A program made the position numbers and the translations under genes. A stretch of DNA of 64,000 nt from Macrostomum lignano (Eukaryota), in assembly GCA_002269645.1 (NCBI GenBank), contig NIVC01000720.1, forward strand, positions 6,096 to 70,095, given 5' to 3'. Shown here one piece after another: positions 47,815 to 59,151 of this stretch. How positions within the stretch are numbered: position 1 is the first letter of the stretch; each line of letters opens with the position of its first letter. The notes under the pieces were generated by a model that was not told where the DNA came from, did no database searches, and saw only the letters and a program-made list of their open reading frames with translations.

Positions 47815-50800
47815 CTACACAAAGATAAGCCCGGACATTGTGTACACCCAGAAGACCTTCTCAATAGCAGTGGCATAGGCCGCGGTGCGCAGGTCCCAGC
47901 CCAGATTGTACCTGGCTGCCGTGTGCATCATCTCTCTGGCGGCCTTGTTCATCGTCCAGTCCAGGCCGGAGCTCACGATGTCCTTCTCGCCGGCGCCCGC
48001 CATCCGTAGCTCGTACTCGGGGCTAGGCGTGATGGGGATCTCCGAGCCCTGCTGCTTCTTGCTGAACTTGCGCTCCAGCGACTCTTGAACGCTGCGCAAC
48101 AGGTGATAATTGGAGTCCTTCTCGTACTTGAGCATCAGTCGGCCGTAGCTCACGTGGTTGAGGTTCTTCAGCCATTCGAAATAGGAGACGGTCACTCCGC
48201 CAGCGTTGGCAAACAGGTCAGGCAGCACCAGGACTCCCTTGGACTGCAGGATCCTGTCCGCCTCCACTGTTGTTGGGCCGTTGGCACCTTCCACAACCAA
48301 CTTGGCCAGCACTCGGTCGGCGTTGTCCCGGTGCAGGACGCCTTCCACAGCGGCTGGGATCAGAATATCGCACTGGGCGAACAGCAGGTCTCCGGCTGGC
48401 TGGAATTCCTGAGCACCCGGGTAGCCAACAATGGTGCCGTGCTCCTGCGGGTTTCAGAAAAAAGCACTGGTTGTACTTTGCCCTCTTCCGGAATGCTACT
48501 TGTTAACAAGCTGGGTAACAAGATTTATGAAATAAAACTGTGGTTGTACAATGAAGATATCGACATTGGTCTTTTCTCAGAAACGTCTGGGCTTAATATA
48601 ACAAAGTTGATAATTTTTTTTAAATGGCTATATGCCATTATCAGGTATTATGTCCCTGAATGTCGCAGAGGACTGGCAGCTGCCTATAAACATACCCTAA
48701 AAATTTCAGGCATTAAGAAGTATTTAGACAATTATAACAACGAATTTAGTTGCCTTGATGTTAAACTCAATAATAAAGCTATTGACATCCTGCAGGTGTC
48801 ACTTTTGTACAGGGCCCCCTATCCTGAAAGAATTAATCTGGAGATCCTCGAGCAACACTACTAGCTTACCCCAAGTCGATTGTGATGGGTGACCTAAATT
48901 GCCGACATCCCATGCTGGGCGATGACAGCGCTGGCAATTTTCCTGGAAAACAACTGTATGAATGGTTGGAAAACCACCGCGACCCTCCTGCTCCTCTCGA
49001 TTGTTACGGTGACTGCACCAGAATTAACAATAGTCGTGGTAATTCAGTGGGAAATGTCCTTGACCTGGGCATCTGTTCTCCCAAAGTCCAACTTGTCAGT
49101 GCAGTGAGGTTCTGGTGGGTAAGGACAGTGACCATCTCCCTATAGTTTATTAAGCTCTATCTGGACCCCAACTCCAAACAGGCCCCTTAACCTCTCAAGA
49201 GCTTCTGGCATACTGATTAGGAATCCTTTAGATATGCCCTGCAGGACAAACTTGAGAACTGTAGTCTCATTTGCTCTCGAATCTCAACTCCCGAGAATCT
49301 TGACATTGTCATTGAAAACTTACTGAGAAAAATCATCGAAGGTATGGAAGAATTGTCCCCTTTGGTGACCCAAGGGAGCCGCTAGCTGACTAATCATCTG
49401 TATCTGGCACGACGCAGGGGTGGTGCCCTGGCGGATGACGCTGCCGCAGCTGTCACAGTTAAGCGGGCCGGGGTTTTGTTCGATGTCGCCGGAGAGGATG
49501 ACATGAGCAACGAGCCATGGAAGGTTGACGATGCACCAGGAGAAGACAACGAGGTTGAGGAGGGTCACGCGGTGACCGCCGCCGCGCTCTGCGTCCGTGC
49601 CGAGAGCACGAGACGAGGCTGGCGGGTTCAGTTGCCTGATGGTTGACATCTTGGTGGGGCCGACCAGGGCCGACCATCCGGGTCGCCACGGAGAGGCGAT
49701 GTCCTTGACCCCGCCCCCGAAGGATGGACTTGGCGCGACGGGCTTCTTCTTCTTCTTCTTCCGACACCCCACAACGCTGCCCCGGCAGCTGGGGGGAGGG
49801 CGCTCACAGGCGCCCCAACCTGCGCAGGAGCAGGAGCACGTCCTCTGGATGGTCAAGGATGTCTCCTGCTCGGAGTCTGGCGCGGAGCGCATCCCCGCGT
49901 GGGCATTGCCGCAGGATGTGGTCCTCCGTGTCCGGAAGTCTACAGTCCCGGCACCGCGGGTCGTCGGTGATGCCAAGGCGGTGACGCGTGGCCTGTGCCA
50001 GGCTGGAGCAGCCGGCCTGCAGTTGGTTGATGGCCACCGCCTTGCTCCGGCTGAGATTGTTCGGGGGGCTCTTCCATGATGGTCCAACGAGTTGACGGTC
50101 CAGCGCAACGCGCGCTCTTTGGATTGCTGCTTTGGCTGCCTGAAGCGATATTGGCCCGTTCTGTTGATCGGTATTTCTGGCGCTGTTGGCTAGCTTGTCA
50201 GCCCGCTCGTTATCGCCGATGCCGCAGTGCGCGGGCACCCAGACGAGTTCGCAGGTGCGGCTGGACGCGGCCAGCAGGGCGAGCAGGTCCCAGCAGCTAC
50301 GGCCAGTGCCGGTGGCTTGCTGTCCAGGACCAGCCTCGAGCGCACTCAGGGCGGACCGGGAGTCAGTGTGGAGGCGAATAGTGGTGCCGTGACAGGCTGG
50401 CAGCTCATTGACGTAGCTGAGGCCGGCTTGGATGGCCACCATTTCGGCCTGGAAGCTGCTGGCGATGTGGCCGGCCGGGGCTGCGACGGTGCTGCACCAA
50501 AGGCGCGTGGTGACCACAGCCGCGCCCCACGCGTTGTTGATACCACCACTGGCCGATCCATCGGTCCATAGCTCAATATCCACCGGCGCCATGGCCGCCA
50601 GGAGGTGCTGGGCCCGTTCCTTCTTAATGCTGGCGGGGAGCCATCGGTTGCAGGTCTCTCCCAACTCAAGGTGGAAGCTGACGGCTCCTCCGCCGTCGTC
50701 GAGGATCTTCGGGCTAACCCACGGCTGCACCGGATCCCTTGCCAGGTCGTCGAGGCCGAGGCACAGTTCCTGGCTGAAGCGGCGCCAGCATCTACGGTGC

Positions 50801-53800
50801 GGACGCTGGTACTCCACCTTCAGCAGGGTGCGGCCGCCTTTAGAGGGGTCCATTTGCCTGACGTTGGTAGCATCCTCAGCCTGCTGCCGCCTCTCGCTTT
50901 CAGCGCCGCGACGGGCCGCGAAGGGTGGACCCGCGACGGGCTGCTGCTGCTGCTGCTGGGCAAGCCACTCAACTCCGCCCAGACCAGAGATCCCTTCTAC
51001 ATCATCGCCCACATGACCAACAGTCCGTACTCACTCGACTGGGCAATGCCAGATCGGCCTGACCTACATCTGGACGCTGGACAAAGAGTCCTCCATGAAG
51101 TCCTACATCAACCTGGGAGTGCACGGCATCATCACCAACCGGCCTGGACTGCTCAAGAAGCTGGCGGGAAAACTCGGACTCCGACTGGGCAATGCGCGAG
51201 GGCGCCAACGCAGTCGAGGCAGACATCCAGTACGACGGATATGGCAACCCGACTGAGTTCGAGCACCGTGGATTCTGCGACTGCAGCTGCCCACACCCCG
51301 GCAGCTACCACATCTGCAGCCACTCGCTCAGGGGCTGCTCAGGCAGAGGCGCCAGTGCTAGCGCCTCCAGCCACCTGTGCCACATGGCGAGGCTGCCTGG
51401 ACTCGCTCTCATCATCCTGGACGGCAAGGTGGACCCAAAGTGGGGCGACAGACTCGCCACTGCTGGCGCCAACATCGCCAGGCTCGTGGAGCGCGAGCTC
51501 TTTGGTAACGGCTACCGCGGCAAGGTCGTCATCTCGGCCGGCAAGATCAACTGCTTCGAGTACGTCTACGTGGCGGCCAGGACTGCCAGCGGATTCCGCA
51601 AAAAAGACCGCTACTACTTCGCCTTCGACCAGGAGGGCGATAAGTACAGCTCCGTGGCCGCCATGCTGTCCAGGTTCACCCGGAAGCGCGCATTCGGCAC
51701 CGGAATCAGCGCCTGCGCGCCCGGCACCTACTACAGCGGCATCAGGCAGGCCGTGGCCGGCGTTCGCAGCGGCCAGATCGGCCTGACCTACATCTGGACG
51801 CTGGACAAAGAGTCCTCCATGAAGTCCTACATCAACCTGGGAGTGCACGGCATCATCACCAACCGGCCTGGACTGCTCAAGAAGCTGGCGGGAAAACTCG
51901 GACTCCGACTGGCCCGGCCTGGAGACGCCATCCCGATCGCTAGGGCGGACGTGAGCTCGCCGAACAACTGCGACTGCGACTATCACAAGGGCGGCTGCAC
52001 CATCTCCTCTCCCGCTCCGCCGTTCAAGGCCTGCCGCTGCAAGTACAAGGGCTTTTGGACCTGCGGCGGCTCGGTTGTGAGCTGCAGCAGCTCTTATTTC
52101 AAGTGCAGAAACCCCGACGGGTCCAGGGCCGCTTGCCGAATTGGCGGCGGAGACTGCGGCGGCTATTGATGACGCTTCTACTGAATACATGTAAATGCTT
52201 GCTACAGCGGCTGTGCCAGACAGACCTATTTATACATGTTTATAACTATTTATAGCACTAGCATAGCATATTTGAGACTAATCCGCTTGCTTAAACCATT
52301 ATAAAAGCAGAAAAACGATACAATTTCTTTGATTTTTAAATTACTTTTTACGTTCCCTGCGTTTTCGAGGAAAACATTAATGAGGTAAAAATCTCTATTC
52401 TATTAGATATAGGGATATTTCCTGTTTGATAAAGGGACATCACCTGTTAGGCGTACTGATTGGTAAATATACCTTTTTACGTTCTATTTGATAAAAACTG
52501 CAACCAATTTGGCCACGGCTCAGCCTGACCATAGACATAGAATTTCCATAGACAGCCACCGCTAGCGGCAACCAATTTGGTAAAAACTGCGAGCTACTCG
52601 TATTTTGCCAGCTTGAAGATCTGGACGGCGAGGACTCAAGGCCGCTCAGCGAAGGGGCTCCCAGTTGTGACTGTCGTCAGCGGACAGCGTGGGCAGAATC
52701 TCACCATCTGCCTGGCCATCTCGCAACTCGGCCTGATTCACAGCACTCTCGTCGAAGGAGGCTTTAAGAACGAGCACTTCATGGAATTCCTCTCTGAGAT
52801 CGATGTTCTGATGGAAGAGGAGTTTGTGCTACTGTCCGATGGGGCTCGCGCTCACCTAGGTGTCTCTGGGATGTCTGAAGGTCATGCTCACCGATTCCTG
52901 CCTCCATACTCGCCGTTCATCAACCCGGCGGAGTACGCAGGCTCAGCGCTGAAGGCCAAGCTGAAAACACAATTGCAATCACCTGCCATTCAGCGCGAGG
53001 TGGCAGATACTGGACTGGCTGCTGCAGCAGGTGCGACACTGCATCAGCACAGGATGCGCATTCTGAAAAGAGAAGTGCAGCAAGCACTGAACTGCATCAC
53101 GCCTCTCAAGTGCCTGCGCTGGATCAACCATTCCCAGACGTACTTCAATCGGTGCTTGAATGCTGAGGACATAATGTTCTGACTTCGTGCATGTATTGTT
53201 AACATTCTTTATCGTTATTGTTATGCTATTGAGCTGCTATCTTCAAGCTGGCAAAATAGCTCGCAGTTTTTACCAAATTGGTTGCCGCTAGCGGTGGCTG
53301 TCTATGGAAAATTGCTGCGGCTGCGTCAGGCTGAGCCGTGGCCAAATTGGTTGCAGTTTTTATGAAATAGAACGTAAAAAGGAATATAATCTGCTGTATT
53401 ATACATTGGCTAAGTCATTAACTGCCCGCTAATTTGCATTAAAGTAAGGTTGACATAGACTGTTTGTTCGATATTTCTTTCCTGCAAGCGGGCTTAAATG
53501 TAGTCTATGGCATTAAAAGGTAAGAATAAGTGCCCAGCGGGCACAAAGGTCATGGTACAATATATAAATCCTTCAGGCTTTCTAGGGCAGAAAGGAGGAG
53601 AATCCGAGGGCTGCGAAGCGGCACGAGGATTTCCGACTTTTTGCCCTAGATAACCTGCTGGATTTGTATTCCTTCTTGATTTTGCGGGCGGGCCGAGAAA
53701 CGACATTCTTCGGCCCGCGAGTCAAACTGCATTTGCTTCAGACTACCTGGTAAGTTCAGTGCAAGTCCTGATTCTCGGCCCGCAAGAAAATAGAATTTGT

Positions 53801-56800
53801 CTATGGCACAAAATGCAAACTGTATTTCATTTTAGCTCTGAGCCTAAAAGAGCGACTGACAAAGTAATACGCTCGTAATTAGTCTAACTTTTTATTAAAA
53901 CTGAATTTCATTAACTCCTGACCCGAGCGTTCTGAGAACATGATAGACTACTCCTGTATAGAAGGAGGCGAGATTTCTGGGTTGCAGCGCGAAGAAATCG
54001 ACTTTGTATGCCAACTCCGTGGCCGTGGGCGAATGTTCAATCAGTACACTGGCTTGCCTGTGCCTGGAATTGGAGTCAGCAAGGCGCTCGACAACGGCCT
54101 GTTGGATGATCTAGTAAACGATCTTTCTGCTGAAGCGAGCAGCGACAATCAACTCCGGGAGCTAACAAGTGATGAAGTGAGCGCCATTTTGGATGTGGAG
54201 AATGCCTCACGCGTCGTCTCTACCGAAGCAAAAACAAGACAGTGTGTGGAGAAATTCTGATACTGACTGCGAACAATGGGACTTTAATGGAGTTCTGCCG
54301 ACTGCAGTGCTAGAGAAAAATGGATCCCGTGTTCTATTTTTCCTATAAGTGAGTACCTCTGAACGCCATGTACTGTAAAGACGGCGTGGGTTGCACCACA
54401 AGACTATATTATATCGTTACTGTTGTCCTCTTTGTAATGTTGCACTCTTAACGTTTTAAATACTCGTACAATCGTTTTTGCTTCGTCTATGGCCCAGCCC
54501 GATATCGGGCAGAGAATGGGCCATTTCTTAAGCAGTCTTGCCCACAGAACTTACACAGAATGCTCAATCAGCGATTTAATGAAATTAAACTGCATAGAAA
54601 TAGATATGCGTACAAACTACTAATCCGGTGAAGAAACATAAGTAGCCATAGACTATTACTCAAGTGTGTAGCACAAGATATATTCATTTAATAGAATTAC
54701 TTGCAGCAGCATTGTCTTTTCACTAAGAATTTGGATGTTTGGTTTTGCTGCAGTGAAGTATGCCTTCTGCAAAATCGCGAAAACAGTGTGCTGCCTATGG
54801 CTGTCCAAATTATTCCTATCGTTGTCTACCAGAAACCAGGTTTCACAGCTTTCCTTCAAACCGTGCCCGGTAAGCTTAGTCGAATCGTGACTAATATTAT
54901 TTGCATGAAAACTTGTGTACGATTTATGTTGAATTTTACGCTGTAGGTGTGAAGACTGGGCTCGTCGCATCTTCCGTGCTGACCTTCTGGGGAAGAAGTA
55001 TGAGCACAAATGGGCGACTGCAGTGGTGTGCAGTCAGCACTTCGCTGATCACATGTATATGTGCCCGAAAGACCGTCATGAGCCGCACAGTCGACTTGTC
55101 TGGAATGCGCATCCAACACTGAAGCTGTATAAAGACACGGCTCAGGAGCAGAAGACCCGCTCGCCTACAAAGCCAAGAGCCTGTGTCTCAGAAGAGTTAC
55201 ATTTATACCAGACTCAAAATCAAAAGAAAGCACAAATTTGCGGAACGACTTTGCGGAGCATCGCAGAGTCCAGTCTGACTGTAGTCAGACAGTAGTTTGT
55301 ACGCATATCTATTTCTACGCAGTTTAATTTCATTAAATCGCTGATTGAGCATTCTGTGTAAGTTCTGTGGTCTTGCCCGCAAAATCAAGCAGGAATACAT
55401 ATGCAGCACCCGTTGCAATTATAGAAATCTATGCTATAAATATCGCGCCAACTCTTTCCAGAATATTTTGGGTTTAGGAAAGTTCCTTGTCAAAAACTAT
55501 TATACGAGTGTAAATATAAACGCGGTTCACTCTTAAATTAATTTTCTGCTTAAGTACTCAAAACAGAACTGACTGCGAAAGGAAAATTCTGTTTGGGGAC
55601 CAGCTCTGCTCATGGCTCACATCCCAGGGCTCATGGGGATTAGTTCAGATCCCAAGGCTCATGGGGATTAGTTCAGATCCAAGGCTCATGGGGATTATAG
55701 CTCACATCCAAGGCTCATGGGGATTATAGCTCACATCCCAAGGCTCATGGGGATTATATCTCACATCCCAAGGCTCATGGGGATTATAGCTCACATCCCA
55801 AGGCTCATGGGGATTATAGCTTACATCAAGGCTCATGGAAATTAGCTCACATCATAAGGCTCATGGGGATTAGCTCACATCCCAAGGCTCATGGGATTAT
55901 AGCTCACATCCCAAGGCTCATGGGGATTATAGCTCACATCAAGGCTCATGGAAATTAGCTCACATCTCAAGGCTCATGGGGATTAGCTCATTTACGACAA
56001 TTAAATTTTGAGAATGTAAGCGTTGAGCCTCACTTCAACAGAACTACATGTACGTAGCCAGCACATGTCTATAGAGAATACCGCGCACTCACCGTTTTGT
56101 ACTTGAGCAGATCTTCCGGATCAATGCCATTGGGATTGTAGATCGAGCCGTCAATCTCCAGCACGCCAATTAACCTGGCCTGCGCCTTGCGCAGGTAGTG
56201 GCTGCTGTGGTAGCCCACATTGCCGAAGCCCTGCACTACGAAAGTTTTGCCCTTCAGTCCCGTGCTCAGACCCAGCCGGCCAGCATATGACACATCGTCT
56301 AGGAAATTTTTCACGGCAAAGTAGATCCCCTGTCACAGGGGGTGGAGGGAGGAACAAAAGCGCGGTCTTTGAGCTGAACTTTGGCTGAAATCGCACTGGC
56401 TGATTCCTATTCAACTTGCACAGTTATGAATGTGTTTTGATCAGAAAGTCAAGTAGTGGCTGTTTTAACTCATGGAATAGAGACCTCTTTCCCCTCTCCG
56501 TTCTCTTCCGCTTGCCTCCCTTCCTCCCTTCATCTCACCTCCCTTCATATCACCTCCCTTCATATCACCTCCCTTCATCTCACCTCCCTTCATATCACCT
56601 CCCTTCATATCACCTCCCTTCATCTCACCTCTCTTCATCTCACCTCCCTTCATCTCACCTCCCTTCATCTCACCTCCCTTCATCTCACCTCCCTTCATCT
56701 CACCTCCCTTCATCTCACCTCCCTTCATCTCACCTCCCTTCATCTCACCTCCCTTCATCTCACCTCCCTTCATCTCACCTCCTTTCATCTCACCTCCCTT

Positions 56801-58045
56801 CATCTCACCTCCACTATTTGTCTTTTCCTCTTATCTCCTTTCATCTCCCCCATTCATCTCCCTCCCCTTCCCTTCTCCCCTCTCTTCTTCTCCCTCCATT
56901 CTCCCTTCCTTCATCCCAATTCTACCCCACTATTGAAGTAGTGACTTACCCGTCCCGTAGCGGAGGTCCGGCCATGAATGCCAAACAGTGTGATCGGCTT
57001 GCCAGTGACGCAAGCGTGCGCGTTTAAATCGCTGGAGCCTGACAAATCAAAGTAGTTGAGATTGCATTTATAGAAGATTCAAAATACAAATTTTCCAAGC
57101 GCAGAGAATGTCGTACTTCGGGGACTCTGGATTGAGGCACGCTGTGCATAAAGGAAAGGAGCATTATGTGAATGGAGGGGGTCAGGACTATGTGAATGGG
57201 GGCGCTGTGTCAATGAAGGGGCGCTGTGTGAACGGGGGGCTCTGTGTGAATGCAGAGGTGCTGTGTGAATGGGGGGGCTCTGTGTGAATGAAGGGGTGCT
57301 GTGTGAATAGGGAGCTCTGTGTAAATGCTTTTTGCGCAAATAGAGGGAGGGCTGCGTGAATAGAAGAACAGGCTGTGTGAGTAGAGGGTGCTGTATGAGC
57401 GGGAGATCGCTCACCGTGCGTGTTCAAATACGTGTCGACAATCCAGCCCATCTCCCTCTCCGAGGTGCCCATGTCCGGCGCGGGCACGTCAACGCCCGGT
57501 CCGATGAAGTTCTTCTTGGCCAATTCAACCGCGAATCGTCTGGTGATTTTCTCCAGCTCAACTGCCGAGTAGGCCGTGGGATCGATCGCTATGCCGGCCT
57601 TGGCGCCGCCGAACGGCACGTCGACCAGAGCGCATTTGTAGGTCATGAGGGAGGCCAGCGCCTTCACATCGTTCTTGGTGACACTGGGCGCGAACCGGAT
57701 GCCGCCTTTACACGGCGTCCTATGGAGTGAGTGCTGCGCCCGCCAGGCCGAGATGATCTCGAAGTCGCCGTTGTCTCTCCGGATCGGGAAGTTCACCTCC
57801 AGGACGAAGTTGCACTCGCGGATGGAGTTGAGAATGCCCCGGACTCGGTGCTGGCGCTCCTCAATGCCGACTCGGCGAGGATAGCCGGCCACCAGCTCGT
57901 CCACTAGAAGCACCGATGCCTTGTTGTAGAAGCCCTCGGTGGTCTCATGGAAGCGCTGGTCGCTGCCGCCGTCGCTTTTGAGACTGAGACAGCGGCGGGC
58001 ACTGCAGACTCCGACGGCAGCTCTGGGAGCCAATATTCTGAGCAT
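47815..58045 (-). CDS. GLUD1: Mitochondrial glutamate dehydrogenase; exons 58045-57415, 57038-56950, 56329-56093, 48444-47815
   Basis: [80 protein letters not shown] and [17 protein letters not shown]; four phase-consistent exons give 528 aa. Confidence 0.96.
48470..49400 (+). mobile_element. Degenerate non-LTR retrotransposon APE endonuclease remnant
   Basis: [10 protein letters not shown]...[37 protein letters not shown] and SDHLPIV across frameshifts and stops. Confidence 0.75.
49400..49742 (-). mobile_element. 5' end of an Ingi-like LINE: GC-rich leader, ORF start, 2A-like motif, start of a Cys (PHD-like) motif; truncated
   Basis: The leader begins CCCGTC right after the upstream (GAA)n tail; ATG at 49649; ...[27 protein letters not shown]. 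Confidence 0.65.
49743..50940 (-). mobile_element. 5'-truncated RNase H-containing LINE (I group/Ingi-like): RNase H, CCHC knuckle, 3'UTR and (GAA)n tail
   Basis: [41 protein letters not shown] and [18 protein letters not shown]; stop at 49804; CTT repeats at 49743-49762; reverse transcriptase absent. Confidence 0.85.
50941..52169 (+). pseudogene. Second, inverted sphingomyelinase D copy nested in GDH intron 3; lacks the start codon and is frameshifted by a 146-bp internal insertion
   Basis: Nearly identical to 38128-39249; 3' flank homology continues to about 52320; fused to the LINE at 50940; 51050-51188 duplicates 51774-51912. Confidence 0.88.
52475..53392 (+). mobile_element. Long-inverted-repeat element F carrying an IS630/Tc1-like DDE catalytic-domain fragment
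   Basis: Arms of about 145 bp (52475-52620 and 53239-53392) contain CCATAGAC/GTCTATGG. ORF: GRS.KG...[14 protein letters not shown]...LSDGARAH...[14 protein letters not shown]; the first catalytic Asp is missing. Confidence 0.8.
53940..54400 (+). pseudogene. Degenerate ORF weakly resembling the N-terminal region of Crypton-type tyrosine recombinases
   Basis: [13 protein letters not shown]...[20 protein letters not shown] loosely fits the recalled pattern LSEEE...T...T..AV..F..WL; stops present. Confidence 0.25.
54542..55370. mobile_element. Inverted-repeat element G (80-bp arms) enclosing a THAP mini-gene
   Basis: 54542-54621 is mirrored at 55291-55370 with about one mismatch. Confidence 0.8.
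54760..55295 (+). CDS. THAP zinc-finger DNA-binding domain mini-gene; exons 54760-54869, 54947-55295
   Basis: Splicing GTAAGC...CTGTAG (phase 2) gives [17 protein letters not shown]...RFHSFP...CEDWARR...VCSQHF...[10 protein letters not shown], the full C2CH THAP signature; 152 aa. Confidence 0.8.
55610..55990 (+). repeat. ~28-30-bp minisatellite (AAGGCTCATGGGGATTATAGCTCACATCCC) in GDH intron 3
   Basis: Directly visible. Confidence 0.92.
56515..56812 (+). repeat. 15-bp minisatellite (CATCTCACCTCCCTT) in GDH intron 2
   Basis: About 19 visible copies. Confidence 0.95.
57130..57400 (+). repeat. Degenerate GCTGTGTGAAT repeat in GDH intron 1
   Basis: Recurring TGTGTGAAT core. Confidence 0.7.
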
Positions 58046-59151
58046 GCTGCTGCTCCTGCTGTATTTCACAACAAATATCTAAGCTCATAAGTGGCTCTGG
58101 CTGCCGCTTTGAATAAAATTTCTGCTTTTATTTGCATCTTTCTCAAGCTTTCTCTATTGCTACCCTTGGGTTGTACGTCTGTCTTCTGTCTTCCGTCTGT
58201 CTCCGGAAAAAGCATTGGGCCATGCAGCCACCTTCGAAATTCTCTCCTTTGGACAGTGCAAGAGCAGGACAATGTACGTTCATACCTGTTCTAAGCAGCT
58301 TCTGTGCAGGCATGCGGTTAGGGGCAGTGTCAGTCGTCATTCACTGACTGACAGCTATAGGCTCAGCACCCGAAATACGTGCATTTGAATTTTTCTGCAA
58401 GCTAAAGGCTGTTCATTCTATTGTTATTGTTTTCTCCATAGGTATTGCATTTATTCATCTATTGTGGTTTCTGACAACAAAATAACTACTACGCACGACG
58501 CACGATGCAATACTGAAGAACACTACTCATAGTAAAGCGTAAAGAAACTCTTGATTAATTTTTAACCTCATTGAACGGTAATCGAACATTTCTTATTTTC
58601 TGAATAGTTTTATTCTACTAAAATTCTTTATTCTTTATTCTTGCTCGTAGATTTAAAAAAATTAACCAATTTTCTGATTCACAGCTCTTTAGATCCACTA
58701 AAAAAGCTCCAAAAGTTCCACTCGAAAATCTTTCCCTAATCTCTAGCCCAAAAGCCCCTAAGGCTACTATAATATATACATTAACATGTGTTGCTTCAGT
58801 TTACATTAAAAAGTGCACACGGCTTGTTATAAGAGTTCCTTTATATTTTATAATAACGTCTAGTCAGTGTACGCATTGGTCCTTCGCCCCGTTCCGTACA
58901 TTCCCGAGAGAGAGGGGTGGAGGGGTTGTTGTCTTACAATGTACATTGCCGCCGTTCAAACCCAGCGGGAGGCAGTGGCGTTCCCGCGTACACGGGGGGC
59001 GGGCGGCATTTCCAAGAAATATACTCGGTCAACGCTTTATAAATTCAACTGATTTTTCGTTTCACAAAATTTGACCATATTACTAGTAAAGTCAGAAAAT
59101 GACAAAATAAATTTATATAGTAGTAATCTAAATCATTAGAGATCAAACTAA

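Noticed and set aside
49804-51786. LINE-PLD fusion proteins (ORFs 49804-51012 minus and 50605-51786 plus)
   Set aside because: The parts are on opposite strands; the read-through comes from GC-rich antisense frames, with non-ATG starts and a frameshift.
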